A stretch of 64,000 bases of DNA, taken from an uncultured virus (IMG/VR IMGVR_UViG_3300042861_002374) (taxonomy: Varidnaviria; Bamfordvirae). Within the stretch, counting starts at the first letter, position 1. Every line of letters begins with the position of its first letter. The position numbers were made by a program, and so were the translations under genes. This document shows positions 53,601-62,715 of this stretch, piece after piece. Location: the IMG/VR virus record IMGVR_UViG_3300042861_002374, one strand, 5' to 3'. A model generated the notes under the pieces. It worked only from the letters and a program-made list of their open reading frames with translations. It was not told the origin of the DNA and made no database searches.

Positions 53601-56600
53601 ATTAAAAATGGTTCGGATTTGGTTAAAAGAGAATTTTTAGCTGGATTTCAAGGTGGATGTGGTTCAAACATTATGTCTCCTACAAGTACTCTTATGCATA
53701 AGACAGATAGTGTAATAGAGTTTATGAATGATATAGTTGAACTTTTACGATATTTTAAAATTGAGACAAGTAATGCTAAATGCGACAATAATAGAAAAAC
53801 CGTGTCTTATCAGATTTCTGTTTTGTCGAATAATTTGATCGGGTATTTCAATATAGTTGGATATCGATACAACGTAAATAAAAATATTGAGAGTGGTATT
53901 TATGTAGAGTATCTTAAATATTTAGAGAATAAATTAGAAGATAATAAAATTGGATTATTAGAATGGCAAAATCTTGTAAAATGGAAGAGTACTACTCTTT
54001 TCATACCACTTGAAAGTAAAATAGAAAGTTTAGAAACAATAATATCAGATATTACAACTGAATCAACAAATCAAAGCTTTTTATGCGGTGATACATTTTG
54101 TGTACATAATTCTCCTCGAAATTGCTACCAATGCTTAGATCCGGAAACGTTGGTTGTAATGGCCGACAATACGAAAAAAGCGATAAAAGACATTAAAATT
54201 GGCGATTTTGTTGTATCGGTAGATCCTATCACTTGTGTACAAACAACAACAAAAGTAATAAACCAATATGTTAGAGAAACAGAGAAAGAAATAATAACTG
54301 TAGAAACAGAATCTGGTAGAAAAATAACTTGTACAGTAGATCATCCTGTTCTAACAACTGATGGATGGAAACACGCGATAGAAGCGGAAAATATATGTGT
54401 AATCCCTCAACAAGTTGTATATAGTGGTGGTGATGAAGATTTATATATTACTTTACCTGAAACATCGGTGAAAGAAAAACATATTAATGATTTGACAAGT
54501 ATTGGTCTATATCCAATTAAAAGTACATCATTACCTATATTAGCTAGAATAGTTGGATATTTAATTACAAATGGCAGCACTAGTTTATATGATAAACGTC
54601 CTCAAGTTAAATTTAATTTTTATTCTATAGAAGATTGTGAAGACTTTCTAAAAGATTTGCATAAATTAGGATTTTCTGCTAATAAAGTCATAGATGTTGA
54701 TAAAATAATAGATGTTATTAGTAAAAAATATGGTAAATGTAAACAAATAATTTATAACAATGCATTCGCAAGTCTTCTTATTGGACTTGTAGATGAATAT
54801 GTAGGAAAAAGAACAACTCAATCTTATCCTCCATTGATGAACTGGATTAAAAATGGGTCAATGTTAGTTAAAAGAGAATTTGTATCTGGATTTCAAGGGG
54901 GTAATAAATTAACAGGTGTAACATCTACAAAATTTCTATTCAATCATATAAGTTTACCATCACGAGTTGATTATGTAAATAGTTTACTTGAATTTATGAA
55001 AGAAATCAAACTGTTATTGGAAGAATTTGATATTGAGTGTTCTGGTCCTTTTTTAATTAAAAAATCACAACATTCTCAGAGTGATGATGTACATCTTTAT
55101 TTCAAAAATACACCTCTTAATCATATAAACTATTTTGAAAAAATAGGTTGGCGATATAATATATTTAAGTATTTAGAAAGCCTTACAGTTTATGAGTATC
55201 AAAAAACGTGTCAAAAAGCGATAGATGATATAATAATAGAAAGACAAATTATTAAAAAATATATAGAAGATAGTATGACAATAAGACAAATTAGCGATAA
55301 ATTAAATAAAACATATCAGTATATTAGCGATTCAGTAAAATCTATTGAAGAAAATAGAGATCCAAGAATACCTAATTCTTTTGAATCTTGGAAAAGACAA
55401 GTGAGAGATAGATCAATATTTGTTAAAATAGTGAGCAAGACAAGATGTGTAAATAAAGTAAATGGAAATATGATTGCCGATATTACAACAGAATCTGAGA
55501 ATCATAGTTTCATAGCTGGAGATTCTTTTTGTGTACATAATTCATCGATGGGTAAACAAGCAATGAGTATGTTTGCTCTTTCATACTTGATAAGAGCTGA
55601 TACTGTCGTTCATGTGCTAAATACTCCTCAAAGACCTCTAGTTGGAACTAAGGCAGCTGAAATGATGGGTTTTAATGATATGCCATCTGGTGTAAATTGC
55701 ATAGTTGCTATTGCCTGTTATACAGGATTTAATCAAGAAGACTCTGTTATACTCAATTATGGAGCGATACAACGAGGATTATTTTGGGCTACCACTTACA
55801 AGACACACAGTGACGAAGAAAAGAAACAAGGATATAACTCTGAAATGATTGGAATTCCTCCTCTAAATAAACGCAAGCATGATGCTAACTATGGACTTTT
55901 GGGTGAAAATGGAGTTGTAAGATTGCGTCATCCAAAGTGGACAGATGAGAAGGGTATTGTACATGGAGGTGGAGCTTTATATGTACAAAGAGGAGATGTT
56001 ATCATTGGAAAAGTTTCTGTACAATCTGATAAATCTGGAAATGAAGTTTTGACTGATTGTTCAGTAATTATTGGAAAGGGAGAGGAAGGATATATTGATC
56101 GTATATTTACTTCTATTACTCCAAATGGATATAAACTGATAAAAGTAGTAATTAGGAGCTTGCGCATTCCAGAAGTTGGTGACAAATTTGCGTCTAGGGC
56201 AGCCCAAAAGGGTACAGTTGGAATGATATACAGGCAAGAAGATATGCCATTCACTCAAGAAGGGATAACTCCGGATATTATTATTAACCCACACTGTCTA
56301 GCTGAAGATCATGAAATTCTTACCGAGAAAGGATTTATGAATTGGAAAGAAGCAAAACAAGGGTACGAAAAAGGAAATCTTAGAATCGGTGGTTATGATC
56401 ATAAAACAGGTCGTCTTATATATGAGTACCCAACTGATTTCATATTAAATGAAACAAAAACACAAGAAATGATAGAATTTACACAAAAGATTGAAAAAGT
56501 ATCACTACTTGTTACTAATAACCATGATATGTTTGCTAAACAAATCAAACCATTAGAATCTGATTATAAAAAAATTAAAGCACAAGAACTAGTGATTTCA

Positions 56601-59480
56601 GAAGTATTTAAATTTACAGGAAAAGCTCGATTTGGATTTGAAGGAAATATAACGGGTATACCATTTTTAGAGTTGCTCTCTCTTAATACATATGAAAAAC
56701 TTATTGCATTTTTTGAGTTATATGGTTACTTAGTAGGTGACAATTGCTTACGTTTTGGTTTTGATTTATTATCTACTGATGATTGGTTAAAAAAGAGATT
56801 TGAAATACTTGTTCTAGTTCCAACAATAGATTATATTTATGAAAATTCAATATTTACAATTATAAATAAAAATTGGTTGAGTGTATTATCTCCTGATTAC
56901 AATACTGGTAAAAGATTAGCTGAATGGGTATGGAACCTTCCAATTGATCTTACTCGATCAATTCTTTTTGGTCTTACTTGTAGTCGTAATATAATTTATA
57001 CATCTTCTGTTAAATTTAGAGATGATGTAGTTCGTCTTTATCTGCATTGTGGATATTCATCCCATTTTGAAATTAGTCAAAAATTATGGAAAATATCTTA
57101 TACAAACATTGATCCTATTTTACAATCATGTGATGACGTCAAGAAAGTAAAATACACTGGTTTAACTTGGTGTGTTACAATGCCTCATGGATTTATTATT
57201 ACTCGTAGAGCAATTCGTGATAGTAACAATGTTGTTATAGAAGCATCTAGGCCGATTATTACGGGACAGTGTATTCCATCTCGTATGACTATTAACCAGT
57301 TGATAGAAACTGTAATGGGAAAAACTTGTGTTATTGATGGAAAATATGGAGATGCTACACCATTCACAAATGCAAGTAAAACTGTCGCTGAGGATGCATG
57401 CAAAGCTCTTGGTATGCACGGATATGAAAGTACAGGCAAAGAAATGTTGATGAACGGAATGACCGGAGAAAATATGGGAATGTTCTTCATCGGACCGGTT
57501 TATTATCAACGCCTCAAACATCTTGTCTCAGATAAAATGCATGCACGAGCGACAGGTCCTGTTACAACTCTCACCCGACAGCCTCTGGAAGGTCGCTCTC
57601 GTGACGGAGGACAGAGGTTTGGGGAGATGGAACGTGATTGTTTTTGTTCCGTTCCAATTCCCTTAAATTGCGGATTGAGTGTTAAAATTGAAACTATGGA
57701 AAATAAGGACTATTCCGTACTAAGTTATCACGAAGAAAAACAACAAGTAATCCCTTCTAAACAAAGTAATTTCTTGTATAAAGGTGAACGTGAATGTGTA
57801 GATGTTGTTTTTCAAGACGGACGTACAATTCGTGGTACAGACAATCATAAAATACTTACAAGTGAGAATATGTGGATACCTATTAGTGAAGTGGTAAAAG
57901 GAGTTACGCAAATTAAAACTAGTATTACAAATCCATTGATTGATGTAAAAGAAGAAATAGAAAAGTGTGTAAATTGGAAGTTACAAGCAGGAAATACAAA
58001 GCTAGAAATTACAGATGAAGAATCATATTTTCGTTCACTTTCATTTGCTCGTTTAGTTGGGTATATTTGTGCTGATGGAGGTATTTACTATATTAATAGA
58101 ACTAAAAAATATACAGGGGTAATAAATCTTGGTCATGAAATAGATGTAACTTCTGCACTAGAAGATTTAGAAAAATTTTCTATAATAAAACAACAAGTAT
58201 TTACTAGTAAAAATTATTATTCTATAAGAATCCCGCAAAATTTTGTAGAAGATCTTATGACTATAAAAGGTATGATTATTGGTAAAAAAGTTAATCAAGC
58301 AGCAACTTTGCCTAATTTTATTACAGACCCATCTTGTCCATTGCCAATAGTTAGAGAATTTTTGAGTGGATTATTTGGAGCAGATGGTCATACTTGTGTT
58401 CTTGCTCTTCATAGAGGAAAACGGGATTTGTTGACTTCTGTTAGTTTTTCAAAAAGCAAATGTGGATCGCAACTTGATTCGTTACAAGAAATGATGGAAC
58501 AACTTCAGACTTTGTTAGCTAGATTTGATATTCATAATGTTACTATACAAAAAGCAAAAGAGACAACATCATCAAAGAAAAAGTTAGATTCTGTACAAGA
58601 AAATAAAAGTTATCAACTCACTCTGCACTTGTGTATAGATGAATTGCCTCGTTTTCACGAAAAAATTGGGTTTCGGTATTGTTGTCATAAATCTCAACGA
58701 CTGGAAGCTGGAGCATCTTATAAACGTCTAAGAGATGGAGTAACTCGTCAACACAATTGGTTGGTTCAAAGGGTAGATGAACTTACCAATTTTAGTGAAA
58801 TTAAGAACGAATTTCCAGATAAAAATGTGCCTACTAAAAAGGCAATTTTACAAGCGGTAAAAGATTTGAATAAAACAGAAGCACTTCTTCATCCTTATGC
58901 TATTCCAAGTACACATGATATTAATGATCATTTAGTAAAGGGAACAAGTTTTGGAAAATTCAGGGGAAAAGGCTTTCCGAATGCTGAAGAATATTTGAAA
59001 GATATCGGTGTATTAGATTGGTTTTTAGAGGATGAGCCTGTCAAGCCAGAAATTACTGGTGACTCTCTTCCATCTGAAGAAGGTATAACCAATGTAAGTG
59101 TATCATATGGAGTGAATCGCAAATGCGAGGGTTTACCAACAATGAATTTAAGAGTTATTGATATTCGACCGGCAGGAGTCCATCCGGTGTACGATATTCA
59201 GGTAGACGAGACTCATACTTTCTTAGCAAATGGTATTGTTGCTCACAATTGTATGATTGGTCATGGTGTATCAAAGTTTCTACAGGAACGTTTATTCTTG
59301 GTCTCTGACAAGTATCAGGTGAATATTTGTAGCAAGTGTGGAAATTTCGCAACAAGCAAGACAGAGTGTCAAGCTTGTGACACTGATCAAGTTGTTTCCG
59401 TAAAGTTGCCATATGTAGGAAAATTGGTTCTTCAGGAACTTAATGCTATGATGATAAAGACAAAAATCACGGCTAAATAA
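50700..59480 (+). CDS. rpb2: RNA polymerase second-largest subunit RPB2 with four inteins (predicted mature protein 1,174 aa)
   Basis: GGYFIVKGKERV, CPVETPEG, GFNQEDS, GDKFASR, QRLKHLV.DK and GGQRFGEMERD. 2926 minus 1752 intein residues gives 1174. Confidence 0.97.
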   Translation: MMSETHTWDILKDHFKRKGFVHHQTESFDHFINVGIQKIITEEPDIVMNSKSGKNPGSYTSYKVSFSNVHIPHPTITEDTRVLRNFYPSEARQRDLTYDSPIYATVTETLQIEGKETEVNQHVRVVLGRIPIMIRSSKCYLTNMTPDERISAGECEYDQGGYFIVKGKERVLISQLRGVYNVPLVLEQRTGDKNIYSCEMRSMSEETGHSVLISAVIGTDDRTLSFYLPYIKNPIPIGVVFKAMGYRSEQFSDLIGLTCDKMNKYIRLIINDSFFVEEENDGFDFFVSENQSIISKQLGIDDSKNITNENKKRISDKLTLLWKEQDQLEWKTKSTRNNALKYIGQHTNHPIKEAERKDYAEQVVDSEIFPHMGVTSSTREKAYLLGHMVHKLMATLLGFRKPDDRDNYINKRVESPGVLCHELFRQLFKKYIATIVATIEKKKQLPDVMSIIPRLTDITKGFNHCFGTGNWGVPKNSYVRAGVAQILSRLSYGATLSNLRRVSIPVGKESKNAAIRQINPSQIMYICPVETPEGAPVGIVLNLSLLTRISDRIPTVLVKEVIELCDNISPIENLECFKEQTKVFLNGILLGSAEDPNELLEELKELRRIKMLPWDVSISYDNIDDELHVCSDEGRLLRPVFKLKDNKLIITETDGTNWDDLVEKGIITYIDNMEANNSVIAFHQKELGKYKNDYCEISPAMMLGVMASIIPFPDHSQCIFKDEPVYMANGTVKKICDVQVGDEVITFHPETQQQSITKVSHTYTNKTDKQLFEITTLSGRKITATFDHRFMTFDGWKRIEEIEVGKTLVGVSTEPKPVSNLVDEYIVLTKEQFIERCLNAKIEEHFVTKYASEISFPIKSTDTNLYIVSRLFGFISTEWCYLGFSDQGDLILNVYFTNEHSASLFNEDAERLGFKYKCISDVAKFVDLYESTYHSTIEYSGSFPSLFIALGCNNTIQEGKYKPLPNWIKNGSDLVKREFLAGFQGGCGSNIMSPTSTLMHKTDSVIEFMNDIVELLRYFKIETSNAKCDNNRKTVSYQISVLSNNLIGYFNIVGYRYNVNKNIESGIYVEYLKYLENKLEDNKIGLLEWQNLVKWKSTTLFIPLESKIESLETIISDITTESTNQSFLCGDTFCVHNSPRNCYQCLDPETLVVMADNTKKAIKDIKIGDFVVSVDPITCVQTTTKVINQYVRETEKEIITVETESGRKITCTVDHPVLTTDGWKHAIEAENICVIPQQVVYSGGDEDLYITLPETSVKEKHINDLTSIGLYPIKSTSLPILARIVGYLITNGSTSLYDKRPQVKFNFYSIEDCEDFLKDLHKLGFSANKVIDVDKIIDVISKKYGKCKQIIYNNAFASLLIGLVDEYVGKRTTQSYPPLMNWIKNGSMLVKREFVSGFQGGNKLTGVTSTKFLFNHISLPSRVDYVNSLLEFMKEIKLLLEEFDIECSGPFLIKKSQHSQSDDVHLYFKNTPLNHINYFEKIGWRYNIFKYLESLTVYEYQKTCQKAIDDIIIERQIIKKYIEDSMTIRQISDKLNKTYQYISDSVKSIEENRDPRIPNSFESWKRQVRDRSIFVKIVSKTRCVNKVNGNMIADITTESENHSFIAGDSFCVHNSSMGKQAMSMFALSYLIRADTVVHVLNTPQRPLVGTKAAEMMGFNDMPSGVNCIVAIACYTGFNQEDSVILNYGAIQRGLFWATTYKTHSDEEKKQGYNSEMIGIPPLNKRKHDANYGLLGENGVVRLRHPKWTDEKGIVHGGGALYVQRGDVIIGKVSVQSDKSGNEVLTDCSVIIGKGEEGYIDRIFTSITPNGYKLIKVVIRSLRIPEVGDKFASRAAQKGTVGMIYRQEDMPFTQEGITPDIIINPHCLAEDHEILTEKGFMNWKEAKQGYEKGNLRIGGYDHKTGRLIYEYPTDFILNETKTQEMIEFTQKIEKVSLLVTNNHDMFAKQIKPLESDYKKIKAQELVISEVFKFTGKARFGFEGNITGIPFLELLSLNTYEKLIAFFELYGYLVGDNCLRFGFDLLSTDDWLKKRFEILVLVPTIDYIYENSIFTIINKNWLSVLSPDYNTGKRLAEWVWNLPIDLTRSILFGLTCSRNIIYTSSVKFRDDVVRLYLHCGYSSHFEISQKLWKISYTNIDPILQSCDDVKKVKYTGLTWCVTMPHGFIITRRAIRDSNNVVIEASRPIITGQCIPSRMTINQLIETVMGKTCVIDGKYGDATPFTNASKTVAEDACKALGMHGYESTGKEMLMNGMTGENMGMFFIGPVYYQRLKHLVSDKMHARATGPVTTLTRQPLEGRSRDGGQRFGEMERDCFCSVPIPLNCGLSVKIETMENKDYSVLSYHEEKQQVIPSKQSNFLYKGERECVDVVFQDGRTIRGTDNHKILTSENMWIPISEVVKGVTQIKTSITNPLIDVKEEIEKCVNWKLQAGNTKLEITDEESYFRSLSFARLVGYICADGGIYYINRTKKYTGVINLGHEIDVTSALEDLEKFSIIKQQVFTSKNYYSIRIPQNFVEDLMTIKGMIIGKKVNQAATLPNFITDPSCPLPIVREFLSGLFGADGHTCVLALHRGKRDLLTSVSFSKSKCGSQLDSLQEMMEQLQTLLARFDIHNVTIQKAKETTSSKKKLDSVQENKSYQLTLHLCIDELPRFHEKIGFRYCCHKSQRLEAGASYKRLRDGVTRQHNWLVQRVDELTNFSEIKNEFPDKNVPTKKAILQAVKDLNKTEALLHPYAIPSTHDINDHLVKGTSFGKFRGKGFPNAEEYLKDIGVLDWFLEDEPVKPEITGDSLPSEEGITNVSVSYGVNRKCEGLPTMNLRVIDIRPAGVHPVYDIQVDETHTFLANGIVAHNCMIGHGVSKFLQERLFLVSDKYQVNICSKCGNFATSKTECQACDTDQVVSVKLPYVGKLVLQELNAMMIKTKITAK
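52851..54110 (+). mobile_element. Intein 1 (420 aa), degenerate LAGLIDADG domain
   Basis: PDHSQ|CIFKD...TFDH...FCVHN|SPRN. Confidence 0.93.
54132..55541 (+). mobile_element. Intein 2 (470 aa), degenerate LAGLIDADG domain
   Basis: NCYQ|CLDPET...TVDH...FCVHN|SSMGKQ. Confidence 0.93.
56295..57269 (+). mobile_element. Intein 3 (325 aa), atypical Gly-Gln C-terminus
   Basis: IINPH|CLAEDHEILT...TNNH...IITGQ|CIPSRMT. Confidence 0.9.
57639..59249 (+). mobile_element. Intein 4 (537 aa), apparently intact LAGLIDADG endonuclease
   Basis: EMERD|CFCS...LVGYICADG...FLSGLFGADG...VYDIQV...IVAHN|CMIGHG. Confidence 0.93.
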
Positions 59481-59513
59481 TATTTTTTTTGTTTTTCTTT
59501 CCCTATTATAAAA

Positions 59514-60299
59514 ATGATTCACTTTTATTATATGGAAAATTGTGGGTATTGTGCAAAAGCAAAACAGGTTTTAGCTCCTGATATTGCTTCTGGTTTCGTA
59601 GTTATTAAAGACGCTAAAGAGGCTAAAAATGTTGGTGGGTTCCCTCACTTTGTTGAAACAACAACTGGTGCTACTCACACAGGATTTATGGCTGATAAAG
59701 AAAAACTGTTTGAAAAATTGGGAGCAAAGAAACCACATACATCAAAAGAAGACTATGCACAAGCGATGATTCACTTTTATTATATGGAAAATTGTGGGTA
59801 TTGTGCAAAAGCAAAACAGGTTTTAGCTCCTGATATTGCTTCTGGTTTCGTAGTTATTAAAGACGCTAAAGAGGCTAAAAATGTTGGTGGATTCCCTCAC
59901 TTTGTTTCAACAACAACTGGTGCTACTCACACAGGATTTATGGCTGATAAAGAAAAACTGTTTGAAAAATTAGGGGTAAAACAAAATAAACAAGTGCAAA
60001 CACATGCGCAAGCACAAACACATTCGCAAGCACAACAACAGGCGCAAGCACAACAACAGGCGCAAGCACAACAACAGGCGCAAGCACAACAACAGGCGCA
60101 AGCACAACAACGTTCGCAAGCACATCAACGTTCGCAAGCACAACAACAGGCGCAAGCACAACAACAGGCGCAAGCACAACAACAAGCATATCAGCGTTCG
60201 CAAGAACAGTCTAAAGAAGTTGAAAATTGTTCTTCTATTAATGGAGGATATTTAAGTTTAAAACAGACTTGGACCGAACAAAAAAGATATGTAGCATAA
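59514..60299 (+). CDS. Tandem glutaredoxin/thioredoxin-like protein (CGYC x2) with Gln/Ala repeat tail
   Basis: Near-identical domains at a 252-nt offset, each with CGYC and GFP; 18-bp AQAQQQ repeats follow. Confidence 0.8.
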   Translation: MIHFYYMENCGYCAKAKQVLAPDIASGFVVIKDAKEAKNVGGFPHFVETTTGATHTGFMADKEKLFEKLGAKKPHTSKEDYAQAMIHFYYMENCGYCAKAKQVLAPDIASGFVVIKDAKEAKNVGGFPHFVSTTTGATHTGFMADKEKLFEKLGVKQNKQVQTHAQAQTHSQAQQQAQAQQQAQAQQQAQAQQQAQAQQRSQAHQRSQAQQQAQAQQQAQAQQQAYQRSQEQSKEVENCSSINGGYLSLKQTWTEQKRYVA

Positions 60300-60342
60300 A
60301 TTAAATTGAATTTTTTCTAATATATTTTTGTTGTATTTAGTT

Positions 60343-60750
60343 ATGGATAAAGAGAATTTGCCTCAAATATACACTGATGGTTCTTGTTTAAAAAATCCTG
60401 GAGGTCCTGGAGGTTGGGCATTTACTGTTCTAGAAAATAAACAACAATGGTCAATGACAGGTGGAGATCCTTGCACAACTAACAACCGTATGGAGCTTAA
60501 AGCTATTATTGAAGCTCTTAAATTCATTCAGGGAGATGAATATGTTATCTATACTGACAGTGAAATGACAATGAAATGCGCTACTGGTATATATAGTCGA
60601 AAAGCAAATAAAGATTTATGGGAAGAATATGATATATCTTTAGGGAATATCAAACTACATTGGGTTTGGATTAAAGCTCATGATGGTAATTTATATAATG
60701 AATATGTTGATAGTTTAGCGAGACACGAAGCAAAAAGTGTGAAAAAATAA
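60343..60750 (+). CDS. rnhA: Ribonuclease HI
   Basis: IYTDGSC, TTNNRMEL, YTDS, WIKAH and NEYVDSLA. Confidence 0.95.
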   Translation: MDKENLPQIYTDGSCLKNPGGPGGWAFTVLENKQQWSMTGGDPCTTNNRMELKAIIEALKFIQGDEYVIYTDSEMTMKCATGIYSRKANKDLWEEYDISLGNIKLHWVWIKAHDGNLYNEYVDSLARHEAKSVKK

Positions 60751-60769
60751 AAATCTTGTTGTCTAATAA

Positions 60770-61138
60770 ATGTTCAATCATGGAGAAACTAATAGTTCCC
60801 ATGTTGGTGGGAGTTCATGTTCCTATGCGACTTTATCTCATTACAATGATGGTTCTCAAGGAATGAACCCTCCTGTTAAAGGAAACGTAAGTGGCTCTTA
60901 TATTGTTCCAGTTTATGGTGCCCCTGGTTATGACGTTCTTACATTTCCAGGTGGATCTTGTTGTGGTCATCCGGGTATAGATAAAGCTTATGGACCAGAT
61001 TCTCTCAAATGCAACACTACATATACTAGAATGAATTGTAATGGTGGTCACGGCCATGGTCACGGCCATGGTCACGGTAGTGGTCCCGGTCACGGTAGTG
61101 GTCCCGGTAATGGTAGTGGTCGCAGACACGGTAGTTAA
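60770..61138 (+). CDS. Small protein with Gly/His-rich tail
   Basis: YATLSHY and VPVYGAPGYDVLT, then (GH)n and GSGPG repeats. Confidence 0.7.
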   Translation: MFNHGETNSSHVGGSSCSYATLSHYNDGSQGMNPPVKGNVSGSYIVPVYGAPGYDVLTFPGGSCCGHPGIDKAYGPDSLKCNTTYTRMNCNGGHGHGHGHGHGSGPGHGSGPGNGSGRRHGS

Positions 61139-61147
61139 AATATTTAA

Positions 61148-61176
61148 TTTCTAATACTAAATTCTAGTATTAGAAA
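61148..61176. terminator. Hairpin between convergent genes
   Basis: tttctaatacta-aattc-tagtattagaaa, 12-bp stem. Confidence 0.7.
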
Positions 61177-61193
61177 AGAAATTTAGATTTTTG

Positions 61194-61373
61194 TTAGCTA
61201 AAAACAATAAACCAAAGAATAATACAAAATAATATTCCAACCCCAAATCCAGAAAAAATACCTTTGTAAAAAGATTTTTTCTTATTTCCTATATAATACC
61301 CTAGCCAACTATAAAACCAGATAATATATAAAAAAACTGCTATAATCTCAAGTGTACCTGTTTTATTAACCAT
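61194..61373 (-). CDS. Small two-TM protein (59 aa), not in ORF track
   Basis: MVNKTGTLEIIAVFLYIIWFYSWLGYYIG...GFGVGILFCIILWFIVFS; TAAATG start. Confidence 0.6.
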   Translation of the reverse strand: MVNKTGTLEIIAVFLYIIWFYSWLGYYIGNKKKSFYKGIFSGFGVGILFCIILWFIVFS

Positions 61374-61389
61374 TTATCTTAAGATATTA

Positions 61390-61548
61390 TTAATAAAATC
61401 TAAACCCAAAATTTTGTATTTTTTTTGTTTCTTTTAATTTTGAATTAAAAAATAATCCTAAAGCAAAAATACATCCAAGCAAAACAAATAATAACCATAA
61501 AGGAAATTTACATCTTTTAACTTTTTTTTCTTTAGATTCTTTGTTCAT
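61390..61548 (-). CDS. Small single-TM protein (52 aa), not in ORF track
   Basis: MNKESKEKKVKRCKFPLWLLFVLLGCIFALGLFF...QNFGFRFY. Confidence 0.55.
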   Translation of the reverse strand: MNKESKEKKVKRCKFPLWLLFVLLGCIFALGLFFNSKLKETKKIQNFGFRFY

Positions 61549-61568
61549 TTTAAAGTAAGTAAAGAAAA

Positions 61569-62666
61569 TTATACTTCACTCAATTTTACAAAATTCTTAA
61601 GTATTGCATCAATCATAATAATATTGTCGAACACTATATTATCAACTCTCAAAGACAAATTTTCATGTTTAGACTTAACTATTAAAATATTCCTAATAAG
61701 TTCTTGTTTAATAGAATTGATACGAGATAGTTCAGTTTCGTATTTACCTATTTGATGGGTTTTTTCAATATCAGAGTGCAATCCTTTCAAACTTGCTTGT
61801 CCGGAATATTTATCCTCTATTTCTAATAATTTATCTATAATTTTCTTTTCCGCCCGAGTCAGATCAATCAAAAGCTGCTCTAAACTTTTTAAATATGTAG
61901 AATATTGTTCTTTTTTTCTTAAAACTATATTAGAAAATTTTGTTAAAACTGTTTTTTGTTCTAACAATTTATGTATATTTTGAATGTGTTTTCCTTGGTT
62001 TTTATCTAATACACGATAAATACCTTCTCTAATAGTTTTAATATCAATAGAAACAGAATCTATCTTTTCATATAATGTCTCCAGATCTATAGTAATCATT
62101 AGTTTTTTATCTGATGAACCTCCGAAATTATGTATAAAAAAACATTCATAAGTATCATCTCTTCTAATACAACAAAGATAATTATTAAAAGTAATAGCAA
62201 TCTTATATTTGAGGCTTTGTGTGCAAAATTTAAGACGACGTAATTGACGGAAAACTTCTCTTAGTTGTTTAATATCATCACTTTTATTATTGTCTTTTAA
62301 CGATACAGGATGATTATATTTTTCTTCTAAATGATCAGCCAGATTGCCTTTACTACGTAATCCAGGACTTAAATCAATATCATCACATTCATACTCTTTG
62401 TCCAAATCAAAATTATCTGGCTCTCCTGCATAATCACCTGGGATATGACCATCTTCTGTTACATCTATATATTTTACCTTGAATACATCATCTCCTAGCC
62501 CAATCGCAATTTCATATTTGCTTGGTATATAAAGCATAAAGCTGTCTGCATTCTCTATGCTAAGAACTTCTATATAAACAATAAAACCATGCATGATGAA
62601 AAATTTTTTGGGTATTAATCCTTTTCTAGTCAATAATTTTTCCAACTTATTAAATGATAAAGCCAT
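61569..62666 (-). CDS. Hypothetical coiled-coil protein
   Basis: 365-aa ORF with FMLYIPSKY motif and helical C-terminus. Confidence 0.75.
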   Translation of the reverse strand: MALSFNKLEKLLTRKGLIPKKFFIMHGFIVYIEVLSIENADSFMLYIPSKYEIAIGLGDDVFKVKYIDVTEDGHIPGDYAGEPDNFDLDKEYECDDIDLSPGLRSKGNLADHLEEKYNHPVSLKDNNKSDDIKQLREVFRQLRRLKFCTQSLKYKIAITFNNYLCCIRRDDTYECFFIHNFGGSSDKKLMITIDLETLYEKIDSVSIDIKTIREGIYRVLDKNQGKHIQNIHKLLEQKTVLTKFSNIVLRKKEQYSTYLKSLEQLLIDLTRAEKKIIDKLLEIEDKYSGQASLKGLHSDIEKTHQIGKYETELSRINSIKQELIRNILIVKSKHENLSLRVDNIVFDNIIMIDAILKNFVKLSEV

Positions 62667-62715
62667 TTTTAGTTCTAAGTTTATTAGTTTAAAACCATAT
62701 TTAGAATTCTCTAAA

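Noticed and set aside
59938..60255. Val/Leu-rich and Arg/His-rich overlapping ORFs
   Set aside because: They are shadow frames of the 18-bp AQAQQQ repeat.
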